Positions 1-10,869 are shown, counted from the first letter of the stretch. The stretch: 64,000 bases of DNA from an uncultured Victivallis sp. (GCA_964435365.1 CAYSZM010000002.1:22567-86566); one strand, 5' to 3'. The notes: generated by a model not told the origin, from the letters alone. Numbers and translations are program-made.

Positions 1-2
1 AC

Positions 3-2411
3 GACAAAGTCGCCGCGGTGGATCTGGTGGTGGCCGCCGCCGCGGACGCCGGAGAGATGAAGATCCGGGGCACGATCGACGGTCGGCACCCGTTCGAATT
101 CACCATGCCGGTCCAGGCCGGAATCAACCGCCGTCCGCTCAATGTGGACACCCCGGCGCTGAGCGCCGGAGAACACCAGCTGGCCGTCTCCGGCACCGGC
201 AATGAGCGCACGTTTGAAACCCGGTGCACGCTGGAAATCGTGCCGATGGCGGCCAACATCGGGAAAGTCCGCGAAGAGAGCATCGCGCTGGAACGGAAAC
301 TCGCCGAACTCCGGACGCTGCTCGAACAGTGCCGCGGCAAAGGGGCGGACACCCGGGTGCCCGACGCCTCGGCGGCGATGAGTGAAGTCTTCGTCGATTT
401 CGCCCGGCACGACGTGTTCACCCCCGACTACAACGCCAAGGCGGCCGCCTATCTCGATTACTGCGACAAGCTGATTTCGGGCCGGATCGAAGAAGCGAAA
501 CAGGTTCTGGCCGGGAAAGCCGCCTACCCGGTCATCCCCGACCCCTCCATGAAGGACATCGTCGGCCGCGACGGCAGGCTGTGGAGCGGCGGCGAGCCGG
601 TGTTCCTCAACGGCTACTGCACGGGCCGCAAGGTCGAACTGCCCGAAATCTTCGCGCGGCTCGGCGTCAATACGATCAGCGTCCCGCTCAATCCGTCCGA
701 CGGGATGCGCAGCGAAAGCGAACCGGTGAAGGAGTATGTGCGCGACTTCCTCCGCCCCGTTCTGGCCATGTGCGACCAGTACAACTTCACCAGCTTCTGG
801 CTGCTGACCCATTCGCTCAAAGGGGAGCTGAAGCAGTCGCTGCTCAAGGCGCATCCGCGCATCGCCGACGGGGCCGGGAATTTCTGCGACTACGACATCG
901 ACAACCCGGCGGTGCGGGAGCTCTGGCGCAACTTCCTGCGCGAATCGCTGCCCGGACTCGACCTGTCGCGCATCTTCGCCTTCGACCTGCAGAACGAAGC
1001 GGGGTGGAAATACGGTTCGGCGCTGACCGTTGCGAAATTCCGCGAGTGGCTCAAGGAGAAATATTCCGGCGACATCGCCCGGCTTCAGGCGAACTGGGGA
1101 CCGGGGGCTCCGGCGGATTTCGGCGCGGTGCGCGGATTCCCCCATCCCGGCGAGAAGGGCGCCGGACGCTATTACGACTGGTGTGAATTCAACTGCGACC
1201 GTGTGGCCGACCACCTGGCTTTCCTCAAGCAGGAGATCGTCCGATACGCGCCCGGCAAGGGGTTCTCGGTCAAGGTCGCCGGGGAGAACCAGTTCGCCGG
1301 AACCCGGAAGCTCGACGGCAAGACGCAGGACCACACCAACGCCAACGACGGGCTCGACCGCGAGAAGCTCGCCAAAATCCTCACCATCCACGGCTGCGAC
1401 GTGAGGCCGGTCGCCCGGAACTGCTGGGGCTCGAAGGATTACGCCTTCGAGTGGCTCGGTTCGGCGATGACGTTCGACCTGATGAAGTCGCTGGCGCCGG
1501 AACAGCTGATCATGGACAACGAGTGGCATTCGGTGGACACCGTCTTCTACCGCAACCGCGACATCGCCCCCGGCCATATCGTCTCCGCGCTGTGGCACGC
1601 CCGGCTGCACGGGCTCTCGGCCTGCATCCTGTGGTTCTGGGGAAGAGGAGACAAGGTGTCCAGGAACCCGTTCTTCTTCGAGGGTTCGATTCTGGAGCAG
1701 CCCTGGCTGGTCGAGGCGTTTTCGCAGACGAATCTGCTGCACCGGCGGTTCGTCCGGGAGATCTCCGCCTTCGCCCAGGCGGAACGGCCGCTGGCGATCC
1801 TCTACTCCGAAGCCTCGGCGGTGCATGATCCGGAGTACCTCGACGAATTGCAGCGCGCTTTCGAAGGGATGAACTTTCTGGGACTGCCGCTGCGGTTCCT
1901 GACCGAAAAGCAGCTGGCGAACGCCGAATTCGACGGGATCAAACTGCTCGTGCTGCCCCGCGTCAGCCATCTGGACCCGGCCGCGCTCAAAGCGCTCGAT
2001 GAAGCGAAACGCCGCGGCATCGTGCTGATGGCGGGCGGCGAAGAAACGCCGCTGCGCGACCCGTGGAGCAACCCCCTGCCGGGGAAACTGCCGGACCCGG
2101 TCCGGATCGCCGGCGGCACGCCGGAAGCCTATTTCGAGGCGGTGCGGAATATCCTTTCCCAAGCGGGAATCCGCCCCGGACTGGAAGCACTCGACGCCGC
2201 TTCCGGCCTCCCCGCCTGGGGAATCGAAACCCGCACGGTGAGCATCGGCGGCGACCGTTACGCCTACGTGCTCAATCTGTTCGACCGGGATATTCCGGTC
2301 CGGCTGCGGTGGAACTGCCGCGACGCCGCCCCGGTCGATCTCGTCGGCGGCGATGAAATTCCCGAAACCCCGACCGTTCCGGGCCGAGGTGTTTTCCTGA
2401 TCAAATACTAA
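3..2411 (+). CDS. GH42-like beta-galactosidase (5' end truncated by window edge)
   Basis: Frame is open to the window edge. FDLQNEAG acid/base motif, KFREWLKEKY...LQANWG, YYDWCEF, candidate nucleophile in IMDNEWH, C-terminal trimerisation-like domain (AILYSEAS...KLLVLP). Confidence 0.75.
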   Translation, partial: DKVAAVDLVVAAAADAGEMKIRGTIDGRHPFEFTMPVQAGINRRPLNVDTPALSAGEHQLAVSGTGNERTFETRCTLEIVPMAANIGKVREESIALERKLAELRTLLEQCRGKGADTRVPDASAAMSEVFVDFARHDVFTPDYNAKAAAYLDYCDKLISGRIEEAKQVLAGKAAYPVIPDPSMKDIVGRDGRLWSGGEPVFLNGYCTGRKVELPEIFARLGVNTISVPLNPSDGMRSESEPVKEYVRDFLRPVLAMCDQYNFTSFWLLTHSLKGELKQSLLKAHPRIADGAGNFCDYDIDNPAVRELWRNFLRESLPGLDLSRIFAFDLQNEAGWKYGSALTVAKFREWLKEKYSGDIARLQANWGPGAPADFGAVRGFPHPGEKGAGRYYDWCEFNCDRVADHLAFLKQEIVRYAPGKGFSVKVAGENQFAGTRKLDGKTQDHTNANDGLDREKLAKILTIHGCDVRPVARNCWGSKDYAFEWLGSAMTFDLMKSLAPEQLIMDNEWHSVDTVFYRNRDIAPGHIVSALWHARLHGLSACILWFWGRGDKVSRNPFFFEGSILEQPWLVEAFSQTNLLHRRFVREISAFAQAERPLAILYSEASAVHDPEYLDELQRAFEGMNFLGLPLRFLTEKQLANAEFDGIKLLVLPRVSHLDPAALKALDEAKRRGIVLMAGGEETPLRDPWSNPLPGKLPDPVRIAGGTPEAYFEAVRNILSQAGIRPGLEALDAASGLPAWGIETRTVSIGGDRYAYVLNLFDRDIPVRLRWNCRDAAPVDLVGGDEIPETPTVPGRGVFLIKY

Positions 2412-3406
2412 TGATGAAAGAGATACGCGCCATGCTGGTCAACTGTTATTATTACGCGCCCCACAACCATGAAATGCTCTTCTCGCACATTCGCGCCGAC
2501 CTCGACCGGATGCGCGAACTGGGCTGCAACGCGGTCTCGGTCTGCGTCCAGGAGAGCCAGCTTGAAAACTGGCACTGGCGGCGACTCGAGGATTTCATCA
2601 CTCTCGCCCACCGGGCCGGACTCGAGGTCCACGCCGTCCCGAACCGCTGGGCCGGGCTGTTCGCCGGCTGGCTGGACGGCTTCGGGCCCTTCACCGTAAA
2701 GAATATCGACCTGCTGGTTGAAGACGAGAACCGCCGGCCGCTGATCCAGGGCGAAATGGCCTGCTGCATCAACAAGCCGGGCACCTGCGAGCATGTGGAG
2801 AAAACGCTCACGCTCATGCTCGACCGGTTCGCGTTCGACGGCGTGATCTGGGACGAGCCCCACTCGTATCTCTGCCACTGCGATTACTGCCGCGCCAAAG
2901 CGATCGACACTCCCGCGAAGGCGAACGAGGCGTTCGCGGAGAAAATCGACGCCCTGAGTCTCCGGGCCAAACAGCTGCGGCGCGACCTGACGGTCAGCCT
3001 CTTCGTCCAGCCCCACGAATCCGCCCTGTTCGACGCCCTGCTCCAGCATACCCGGCACATCGACTACCTCGGCTCCGACGGGCATCTGCGTTCGGAAAAC
3101 CACCGGATGCACCGGATGAAGGATACCATCTTCGCCGCCCACAACCGCTACGCCGAAAAACTCCGCCGGGCCGGCCGGAAATCGCTGTTCCTGATCGAGG
3201 CCCAGCGCCACCGCGACGAGGATCTGCCGGACTACCTGCGGAATCTCGACGCCGCTTTCGCCCTGCCCATGGACCAGATGATGTTCTACTACTCCGCCCA
3301 CGAGCTCTCCTGCGATCTGGAGGAACAGTTCAACCTCGCCACCTGGGATGCGGTGAAAAAAGCCGCCCTGCGCGAACTGTGCGCCGTCTCCGCCGGGAGC
3401 CGGTGA
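2411..3406 (+). CDS. Hypothetical glycoside hydrolase-like TIM-barrel protein
   Basis: TAATG overlap with upstream gene. DLDRMRELGCNAV, FDGVIWDEPH and CHCDYC motifs are typical of GH-like barrels. Confidence 0.5.
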   Translation: MMKEIRAMLVNCYYYAPHNHEMLFSHIRADLDRMRELGCNAVSVCVQESQLENWHWRRLEDFITLAHRAGLEVHAVPNRWAGLFAGWLDGFGPFTVKNIDLLVEDENRRPLIQGEMACCINKPGTCEHVEKTLTLMLDRFAFDGVIWDEPHSYLCHCDYCRAKAIDTPAKANEAFAEKIDALSLRAKQLRRDLTVSLFVQPHESALFDALLQHTRHIDYLGSDGHLRSENHRMHRMKDTIFAAHNRYAEKLRRAGRKSLFLIEAQRHRDEDLPDYLRNLDAAFALPMDQMMFYYSAHELSCDLEEQFNLATWDAVKKAALRELCAVSAGSR

Positions 3407-3408
3407 TC

Positions 3409-4752
3409 ATGGAGAAACGGCCGAACATCCTGTTCTTCTTCACCGACCAGCAGCGCGCCGATACCGTCGGCTGTTACGGCCAGAAACTCGCCACCACTCC
3501 CCGCCTCGACCGGCTGGCGGCGGAGGGCGTCCGCTTCGAATATGCCTTCAGCTGCCAGCCGCTCTGCGGCCCGGTCCGCGCCGCGCTGCAGACCGGCCGA
3601 TACCCCAGCGAACTCCTCTGCCAGTGCAACCACCGCATGCTGCCGCCCGATACGCCGACCATCGCCCGCGCCCTCCGGCAGGCGGGGTATGAACCCGCCT
3701 ATATCGGCAAATGGCACCTGGCCTCGACCGGCCCGCACGGCGGCGCCGACGATTTCACCGTCTCCGCGGTGCCCCCGGAACGGCGCGGCGGGTACGACGG
3801 ATTCTGGCTGGCCGCCGACCTGCTGGAGTGCACCTCGCAGCCCTTCGGGGGGCATCTCTTCGACGCGGCGGGAAACCGCCGGGAACTCCCGCCGGACCGC
3901 TATCGCGTCGACGCCCAGACCGACCGGGTGCTCGAATACCTCGATGCGCGGGAGAGTGACGCGCCCTTCTTCCTCTTCGTCTCCTATCTCGAGCCGCACC
4001 AGCAGAACGAGCTCGATTCCTGCGTCGCGCCCCCGGAATACCGCGAAAAGTTCCGCAAATTCGAAGCCCCCGGCGATCTCGCCGAAGCCGCCGGGAACTG
4101 GCGGGAAAATTACCCGGACTACCTCGGCGCCGTCAACAAGCTGGACGAAAATTTCGGCCGCATCCTCGACCGGCTCGAAGAACGCGGCGAACTCGAAAAC
4201 ACCGTGGTGATCTTCACCAGCGACCACGGCTGCCACTTCAAAACCCGCAACGAACGCTACAAGATGAGCTGTCACGAGAGTTCGATCCGGATTCCGCTGG
4301 TGATCGCCGGTCCCGGCTTCCGCGGCGGGATCGTCCGCGGCGAACCGGCCAGTCTCATCGACCTGCCGCCGACCATCCTGCGCTGCGCCGGAATTCCGGT
4401 TCCGGAATTCATGACCGGCATCCCGCTGAGTGCGGACGAACCGTTCCCCCGCGACGACGTCTACGTTCAGATCAGCGGCTCCGGCTGCGGCAGGTGCGTC
4501 CGCACCGCGCACTGGAAGTACAGCGTCCGGGCCCCCTATGAACGGCCCGATGCGGCGTGCGGCGCGATTTACGTCGAAGAGTTTCTCTACCGTCTCGACG
4601 ACGACCCCGGCGAACAGAACAACCTGGTCGCGGACCCGTCGGAGCCGTGCGTCTCGGCGCGGCGGGAGCTGCGCGGAAGGCTGCTCGACTGGATGCGCCG
4701 CACCGGAGAACCGATTCCGCAAATTCGAGAAGCTTCATTCCAATCCAGATAA
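3409..4752 (+). CDS. Sulfatase (formylglycine-dependent, Cys-type)
   Basis: RPNILFFFTDQQR, CGPVRA (CxPxR), YIGKWHL, VIFTSDHG. ATG at 3409 preferred over GTG at 3379. Confidence 0.92.
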   Translation: MEKRPNILFFFTDQQRADTVGCYGQKLATTPRLDRLAAEGVRFEYAFSCQPLCGPVRAALQTGRYPSELLCQCNHRMLPPDTPTIARALRQAGYEPAYIGKWHLASTGPHGGADDFTVSAVPPERRGGYDGFWLAADLLECTSQPFGGHLFDAAGNRRELPPDRYRVDAQTDRVLEYLDARESDAPFFLFVSYLEPHQQNELDSCVAPPEYREKFRKFEAPGDLAEAAGNWRENYPDYLGAVNKLDENFGRILDRLEERGELENTVVIFTSDHGCHFKTRNERYKMSCHESSIRIPLVIAGPGFRGGIVRGEPASLIDLPPTILRCAGIPVPEFMTGIPLSADEPFPRDDVYVQISGSGCGRCVRTAHWKYSVRAPYERPDAACGAIYVEEFLYRLDDDPGEQNNLVADPSEPCVSARRELRGRLLDWMRRTGEPIPQIREASFQSR

Positions 4753-4765
4753 GGAACCATCCATC

Positions 4766-6094
4766 ATGCGCGATCCGAATATCGTTTTCATCCTCTGCGA
4801 CGACCTCGGCTGGGGCGACTGCGGCTGTTACGGCCAAAAGACGCTCGAAACGCCGAACATCGACCGCCTTGCTGCGGAAGGAATCCGGTTCACCGATTTC
4901 TATTCGACCAGCCCGGTCTGCTCCCCGGCGCGGACCTCGATCATGACCGGGCTCCACTCCGGGCACCTGCCGATCCGCGAGCTCGCCGACTGCTATCTGC
5001 CCGACGAGTGCTGGAATCTGGCGAAGATGTTCCACAAGGCCGGATACGTCGCCGAGTGTTTCGGCAAATACGGCGTCGGCCGCGGCCAGCATCACGACGA
5101 ACCGCTGCGCAAAGGGTTCGACGGCCATTACGGCTACAACTGCATGTGCCACGCGCACAATTACTTTCCGCCCTTCCTGTTCGAAGACGGCAAGAAATTC
5201 TTCCTGAAGAACCGCCCCCCGGAAAACGACGAACTCCAGTGGCGCACCGGCGTCGGCGTCGCCGAGAAGAAGGTGGAATACACGCCCGACCTGATCGAAC
5301 AGGCGGCGCTGGAATTTCTGGAGGAGAACGCCTCGCGCCCCTTCTTTCTCTTCTACTGCACCAATCTGCCGCACGCCAACAACGAAGGCGGCGAAACCCC
5401 GGACGGCATGGAAGTCGACACCTACGGGGAGTTCGAATCGAAGGAGTGGAAGCCCAACGAGAAGGGTTTCGCCCGGATGGTTCAGCGCATCGACCGGACG
5501 GTGGGGCGGGTGATGGACAAACTCCGCGAACTCGGGCTCGAGGAGGACACCATCGTCATCTTCTCCAGCGACAACGGGCCGCACAACGAGGGCGGGCACA
5601 AAGTGACCCGCTTCGACTCCGCCGGACCGTTCCAGGGCTACAAGCGCAGCCTGCACGAAGGGGGAATCCGGGTTCCGTTCATCGTCCGCTGCCCCCGCCG
5701 GATTCCCGGCGGACGGGAGTGCGCAAATCTGGCGTATTTCCCGGATCTGCTGCCGACCTTCACCGAACTCGCCGGGCTGAACCCCGCCCACGCCGCCGAC
5801 GGGCTGTCGCTGGTGCCGCTGCTGCGGGGACGGGAGGAAGAACAGGCCGAACACCCGTATCTCTATTTCGAGTATCAGAACCAGCGGGCGGTGAGAAGCG
5901 GCCAGTTCAAATATTTCCGCGCCGAAGACGGCTCCGAAGCGCTCTACGACCTCGCCGACGACGTCCACGAGGACCGCGATGTCAAAGCACAGCACCCGAA
6001 TCAATTCCACCGCCTCAGGGCGCTTCTCGCCGTCGAACACCTCGAACACCTCCCCCGCCCGATTCCGGACGGGATGGAACGAACCATGAAATAG
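4766..6094 (+). CDS. Arylsulfatase family protein (Cys-type)
   Basis: PNIVFILCDDLGWGD, CSPARTSIMTG, FSSDNGP, EGGIRVPF. ATG 4766 follows an AAGGA RBS. Confidence 0.92.
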   Translation: MRDPNIVFILCDDLGWGDCGCYGQKTLETPNIDRLAAEGIRFTDFYSTSPVCSPARTSIMTGLHSGHLPIRELADCYLPDECWNLAKMFHKAGYVAECFGKYGVGRGQHHDEPLRKGFDGHYGYNCMCHAHNYFPPFLFEDGKKFFLKNRPPENDELQWRTGVGVAEKKVEYTPDLIEQAALEFLEENASRPFFLFYCTNLPHANNEGGETPDGMEVDTYGEFESKEWKPNEKGFARMVQRIDRTVGRVMDKLRELGLEEDTIVIFSSDNGPHNEGGHKVTRFDSAGPFQGYKRSLHEGGIRVPFIVRCPRRIPGGRECANLAYFPDLLPTFTELAGLNPAHAADGLSLVPLLRGREEEQAEHPYLYFEYQNQRAVRSGQFKYFRAEDGSEALYDLADDVHEDRDVKAQHPNQFHRLRALLAVEHLEHLPRPIPDGMERTMK

Positions 6095-6107
6095 AGAGAC
6101 CGCCGCC

Positions 6108-7670
6108 ATGAGCAAAATCCTCGATACGCCTTCTTCCGTCATCATCTACGGCGATGACAACCGGATCGTTTCCGGCCCGGAGCTGAACCTCGCCGAAACG
6201 AAGTCCGGGGGGCTCGCCGTCTCCATCGCGTCCGCCCGCGAGCGGGTCAGGTTCATCCGGCTGCGCTGGGAGATGACGCTGCCGCCCGACGCCATCTACC
6301 TCGGCGACGCCTGGGAACGCACCTACGGCGACCTGCAGTGGCGCACCGGCGACCCGTTCCGCGGAATGCCGTGGTACTTCCTGATGAAGAGCGGAGACCG
6401 GGTCTCCTGCTTCGGGGTGCAGGTCCGGCCCGCCGCCTTCGCGCTGTGGTACGCCGATCCGCAGGGAATCACGCTCTATCTGGATGTGCGCTGCGGAACG
6501 GCCGGAGTGGACCTGCGGGGCCGGACCCTCGAAGCGGCGACGATCCATTCCGCCGAATATTCGGGAATCTCCTCCTTCGAAGCGGCGACCCGGTTCTGCG
6601 GCCTGCTCTGCCCGGACCCGCTCCTGCCCGCCGCCCCGGTTTACGGCGGAAACAACTGGTATTACGCCTACGGGAACAGTTCCCATGCCGAAATCATCGA
6701 CGACGCCGGGCGGATCGCCGCCCTCGCGGAAGGCCTCCCCAACCGGCCGTACATGGTGATCGACGACGGGTGGGAGGTCAATTACGACGGAGAAACCGGC
6801 CGGAACAGCGGGCCGTGGGACTCCGGCAATTCCCGATTCCCCGATATGCCCGGCCTGGCCTCCCGGATCGCGGACCTCGGCGTCAAGCCGGGAATCTGGT
6901 TCCGTCCGCTCTGGAACGACTCGCCCGCGGTCAAACCCGCCTGGCGTCTCCAGCGCGGCGAGGGCCGGTTTCTGGACCCCTCCCGGCCGGAAGTGCTGGA
7001 GCTGGTCGGCAACGATACGGCACGGCTCGCCGACTGGGGCTACCAATTGATCAAACACGATTTCTCCACCTTCGACCTGTTCGGCCGGTGGGGATTCCAG
7101 ATCCGCTATTTTCCGGCCGAGGGAAATTGGAGCTTCGCCGATACGGGGAAGACCTCGGCGGAAATCGTCACCGGGTTTTACCGGACCATCCTCAACGCCT
7201 CCGGCAATGCGGTGATTATCGGCTGCAACACCATCGGGCACCTGGGCGCGGGGCTGATGCACCTCTCCAGAACGGGGGACGACACCAGCGGGAAGAAGTG
7301 GGAACGGACCTGCAAGATGGGAGTCAACACCCTGGCGTTCCGCCTCTGCCAGCATAAACGGTTTTTCGACCTCGACGCCGACTGCCTGGGGGTGACGGAG
7401 ACGATCCCCTGGAGCCTCAACCGGCAGTGGGGGAAACTGCTCGCCGAAAGCGGAACCGGATTTTTCGCCTCGATCAAACCCGGAGTCCTCACCGGCGAGG
7501 AGGAAGAAGAGCTGAAACGCTTCTTTGCGATCGCCTCCCGTGCGGAACTCCGGGCGGAACCGCTGGACTGGGAAAGGCAAAGCTGTCCGCAAAGCTGGGC
7601 CATCAACGGCAGGCGAATCGACTTCTCCTGGTTCAAGCCCCTGACCGCCAACCCGGAGTGTCTCTCCTGA
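6108..7670 (+). CDS. GH36/GH27-like alpha-galactosidase
   Basis: NNWYYAYG, MVIDDGWE, LIKHDFS (nucleophile KxD), RTGDD. Confidence 0.75.
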   Translation: MSKILDTPSSVIIYGDDNRIVSGPELNLAETKSGGLAVSIASARERVRFIRLRWEMTLPPDAIYLGDAWERTYGDLQWRTGDPFRGMPWYFLMKSGDRVSCFGVQVRPAAFALWYADPQGITLYLDVRCGTAGVDLRGRTLEAATIHSAEYSGISSFEAATRFCGLLCPDPLLPAAPVYGGNNWYYAYGNSSHAEIIDDAGRIAALAEGLPNRPYMVIDDGWEVNYDGETGRNSGPWDSGNSRFPDMPGLASRIADLGVKPGIWFRPLWNDSPAVKPAWRLQRGEGRFLDPSRPEVLELVGNDTARLADWGYQLIKHDFSTFDLFGRWGFQIRYFPAEGNWSFADTGKTSAEIVTGFYRTILNASGNAVIIGCNTIGHLGAGLMHLSRTGDDTSGKKWERTCKMGVNTLAFRLCQHKRFFDLDADCLGVTETIPWSLNRQWGKLLAESGTGFFASIKPGVLTGEEEEELKRFFAIASRAELRAEPLDWERQSCPQSWAINGRRIDFSWFKPLTANPECLS

Positions 7671-7819
7671 ACGGGAGAAAGCGCCCCGCGCACTCCTCCT
7701 GATCTTCATCAATACCTTCATGCAGGATACCGATGCTCCGCAATTCGATGTTGGCGGATACGACACATATGAAAACCCTGACCCGGAACTGTAATTGAAT
7801 ATTAATTCCGATACCCGGA

Positions 7820-7847
7820 TTGACTTTTAAAGTTCCTCCGTTATATT
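7820..7847 (+). promoter_or_regulatory. Possible sigma70 promoter for fdtA/fdtB-like genes
   Basis: TTGACT-16 nt-TATATT in an AT-rich intergenic region. Confidence 0.35.
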
Positions 7848-8070
7848 TATTACCATGCTGTTTCGGGGATTAATCAGGGAAACGTTTGTCATATTCATCC
7901 TGAATTACGTTTCCCTTTTTCCCGGAGTTTCCGGTCGGCTTTGTCGCACCTGAATTTCCGGAGAACAATTGATTGGCGTATTGAAATCCCGGCGAACTGT
8001 CTACGCAGGAAGTTCGAGTTGATATGAATAACGCGCTTTTCGATGCACCAATCGGATCAAAGGAGTGAAA

Positions 8071-8484
8071 ATGCCGGGCACCGGAGCAAGAATTTACAAA
8101 ATCCCAAGCTACAGCGACGATCGCGGCACCATTGCGATTCTGGAATGGGAAAAGCTGCTGCCGTTCCCGATCCGCCGAATGTTCTACACCTATCTGGTGC
8201 CGACGGCGGAGATCCGCGGGGAGCACGCGCACAAGCATTGCGAACAATTCCTACTGGCGCTGCACGGCTCACTCACCGTCGTCGCCGACAACGGATTCGC
8301 CCGGGAGACGTTTCTGCTCGATTCCCCTCTTCAGGGCCTCCATCTCCCGGCCGGAGTGTGGGGGATTCAGCAGGACCATACCCCGGACAATGTCCTCCTG
8401 GTGCTGGCGTCGGACCCCTATGATCCGAATGACTACATCCGCAACTATGCAGAGTATCTCGAATATGTCAAGGGGAAGCCGTGA
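8071..8484 (+). CDS. fdtA: dTDP-4-keto-6-deoxyglucose 3,4-ketoisomerase (FdtA/QdtA/WxcM-like cupin)
   Basis: [40 protein letters not shown] before ATG 8071. Confidence 0.85.
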   Translation: MPGTGARIYKIPSYSDDRGTIAILEWEKLLPFPIRRMFYTYLVPTAEIRGEHAHKHCEQFLLALHGSLTVVADNGFARETFLLDSPLQGLHLPAGVWGIQQDHTPDNVLLVLASDPYDPNDYIRNYAEYLEYVKGKP

Positions 8485-9596
8485 AACTGCCTTATTACGA
8501 TTTTCGGCAGGTCAATGAACCTTACTTCGAAGAGTATCTGGCGGCGACGCGCCGGGTGCTCGAATCGGGCCGCTACATTCTCGGCCCCGAGGTGGAGGCG
8601 TTCGAAGCGGAATACGCCGCTTATGTCGGGACGAAGCATTGCATCGGCACCGGCAACGGGCTTGACGCGCTGGTCCTGATCCTGGAGGGGTACAAGGTTC
8701 TCGGGCGGCTGAATCCCGGAGACGAGGTGATCGTGCCGGGCAACACCTATATCGCGTCGATCCTGGCGGTCTCCCGCGCGGGGCTGACGCCGGTTCCGGT
8801 GGAACCGGACGAAGAGACCTTCAACCTCGATCCGGAACGAATCGCCGCAGCGGTGACGCCGCGGACCCGGGCGATTCTGCCGGTCCATCTGTACGGACAG
8901 TGCGCCGACATGACCCGGATCAACGCCATCGCGCGGGAGTTCGGGCTTCTGGTCGTCGAGGATGCCGCGCAGTCGCAAGGAGCGACCCATCGCGGCGCAA
9001 CATCCGGCGCACTGGGCGACGCCGCCGGACACAGTTTTTATCCGGGGAAGAACCTCGGCGCAATCGGCGACGCCGGAGCGGTAACCACCGATGACGCGGA
9101 GTTGGCGACGGCCGTCCGCGCGTTGCGGAACTACGGCTCCGAACAGAAGTACCACAACCGCTACAAAGGCTGCAACAGCCGCCTGGACGAACTTCAGGCG
9201 GCGTTTCTGCGGGTGCGGCTCCCGTATCTCGACGGAGAAAACGACGCTCGCCGCCGTGTGGCGGAACAGTATCTGGCCGGAATCGACAATCCGGCGTTGA
9301 AACTTCCCCGGATCGGGGATGGGAATCAACACGTCTGGCATATATTCGCCATCCGCTGCGCCCATCGCGACGAATTGCAGGCGTATCTGGCGGAACGGGG
9401 AATCGGCAGCGTGATCCACTACCCGCTTCCCCCGCACCGGCAGCCGGCCTACGCGGAGTGGAGCCATCTGAGTTTGCCAATCTCCGAACGGATTCACCGG
9501 GAAGAGCTGTCCCTGCCGATCGGCCCGACGCTCTCGGAGGAAGAAGCGACGACGGTGGTCGAATGCTTGCGTAATTTTAGCAAAAAGCCGTATTGA
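8481..9596 (+). CDS. fdtB: DegT/DnrJ/EryC1/StrS aminotransferase (FdtB/QdtB-like)
   Basis: [43 protein letters not shown] overlap with fdtA. Confidence 0.85.
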   Translation: MKLPYYDFRQVNEPYFEEYLAATRRVLESGRYILGPEVEAFEAEYAAYVGTKHCIGTGNGLDALVLILEGYKVLGRLNPGDEVIVPGNTYIASILAVSRAGLTPVPVEPDEETFNLDPERIAAAVTPRTRAILPVHLYGQCADMTRINAIAREFGLLVVEDAAQSQGATHRGATSGALGDAAGHSFYPGKNLGAIGDAGAVTTDDAELATAVRALRNYGSEQKYHNRYKGCNSRLDELQAAFLRVRLPYLDGENDARRRVAEQYLAGIDNPALKLPRIGDGNQHVWHIFAIRCAHRDELQAYLAERGIGSVIHYPLPPHRQPAYAEWSHLSLPISERIHREELSLPIGPTLSEEEATTVVECLRNFSKKPY

Positions 9597-9640
9597 AATG
9601 AAACCGGGTGAATCCATTCCGAACACGATTGACGCGGAAT

Positions 9641-9679
9641 AAAAAAATGCGTGAAACAGATTCCTCTGTTTCACGCATT
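9641..9679 (-). terminator. Intrinsic terminator closing the minus-strand polysaccharide operon
   Basis: Perfect 15-bp stem AATGCGTGAAACAGA-TTCC-TCTGTTTCACGCATT with a T-run on the minus strand, between convergent genes. Confidence 0.85.
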
Positions 9680-9699
9680 CGACAAGATTTGATGAAGAA

Positions 9700-10833
9700 T
9701 TACCGGGCAGCGAAAGATTCCATCCGGTTCCCTTTGACTGCGGCATTGATTTCTTCCATGTACGCATCGACCGTCAACCTGCGGTCGAAGCGCTCCTCCA
9801 CCAACCGCCGCCCGGCGAGCCCCATCGCACAGCGTTGTTCGGCGGAGCAGCCCAGGAATTTTCCGATCGCTTCCGCCACCGCTTCGCCCGACTGGGCTTG
9901 AAAAAGAAAACCGCTTTCCCCGTCCTCCATCGCCTCGCGGCAGCCGGGCACATCACTGGCCAGCAGCGGCCGCCCGTAGGCGGCACCCTCCAGCAACACG
10001 TTGGACATCCCCTCGTGGTAGGAGGGCAGCACCACCGCGTGAATCGAACCCATCAGCGTCTCGATCGCCGCGTTGTCGAGAAACCCGTGGTAGAGAATGG
10101 TTCCGGCTTCGTGCGCTTCCCGCAGCATGGCCTCGTACTCCGGTTCTTCGGTGAATCCGGCATAGTGGAACTCGCACTCCGGATGCGTCTCCCGGATTTT
10201 CCGGGCGGCGTGGAGATACTCCGCCACGCCCTTCTCCCGACTGGCCCGCGCCTCCATCAGAAAACGGATTTTCCCGTCCTCCTTTGGATACGGCAGCAGA
10301 CGGCGCTTCTCCAGATTAACACCGGAACCCGGAATCATATGCACCGGACTTTTCAGCATTCCGCAGGCTTTGAACTTTTCCAGGTTCACCCGGTTCTGAA
10401 AGAAGATGCACCGGGCTTTGCCGAGTCCGAATTTCAGCATGGCGCGGATCACCCGGTTGACCGGCTTGTGATTGAAAAACACAGTTCCGAGCCCGGTCAC
10501 GCTCGCCAGATAAGGAATTCCCCGGCTTCGCGCCGCCATGCCGCCGTAGGTGTTCGGCTTGATGGTGAAGGAGAAGACCACGTCGGGGCACACCTCACGG
10601 CACAGCCGCCGGTATTCGCAGAACAGCCGCCATTCGGCCAGCGGATTCATGCCGTGCCGGTTGAGCGGAGCCGGGATCACCCGACAGCCGATCCGCTCGA
10701 ATTCCCGGTTGACCGGGTCTTCCGGGATCGAAAGCGTCACTTCATAGTTTTCCTCGATCAGCCGTTCCAGCAATTCAAAGCTGAAATTGTAGAACGCTTT
10801 CGAGATGCTCGCCAGAATCAGAATTTTCGGCAT
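9700..10833 (-). CDS. GT4 glycosyltransferase (CapM-like)
   Basis: FTIKPNTYG, IPGSGVN, LPSYHEGMSNVLLEG, DVPGCRE. Confidence 0.88.
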   Translation of the reverse strand: MPKILILASISKAFYNFSFELLERLIEENYEVTLSIPEDPVNREFERIGCRVIPAPLNRHGMNPLAEWRLFCEYRRLCREVCPDVVFSFTIKPNTYGGMAARSRGIPYLASVTGLGTVFFNHKPVNRVIRAMLKFGLGKARCIFFQNRVNLEKFKACGMLKSPVHMIPGSGVNLEKRRLLPYPKEDGKIRFLMEARASREKGVAEYLHAARKIRETHPECEFHYAGFTEEPEYEAMLREAHEAGTILYHGFLDNAAIETLMGSIHAVVLPSYHEGMSNVLLEGAAYGRPLLASDVPGCREAMEDGESGFLFQAQSGEAVAEAIGKFLGCSAEQRCAMGLAGRRLVEERFDRRLTVDAYMEEINAAVKGNRMESFAAR

Positions 10834-10869
10834 GACTTTTTCTGTTTTCGTAAAACGGGTTGCCGCCTG

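Noticed and set aside
7810-7819. GATACCCGGA as a possible att duplicate of the tRNA-Arg 3' end
   Set aside because: Match is only about 7 nt; chance level.
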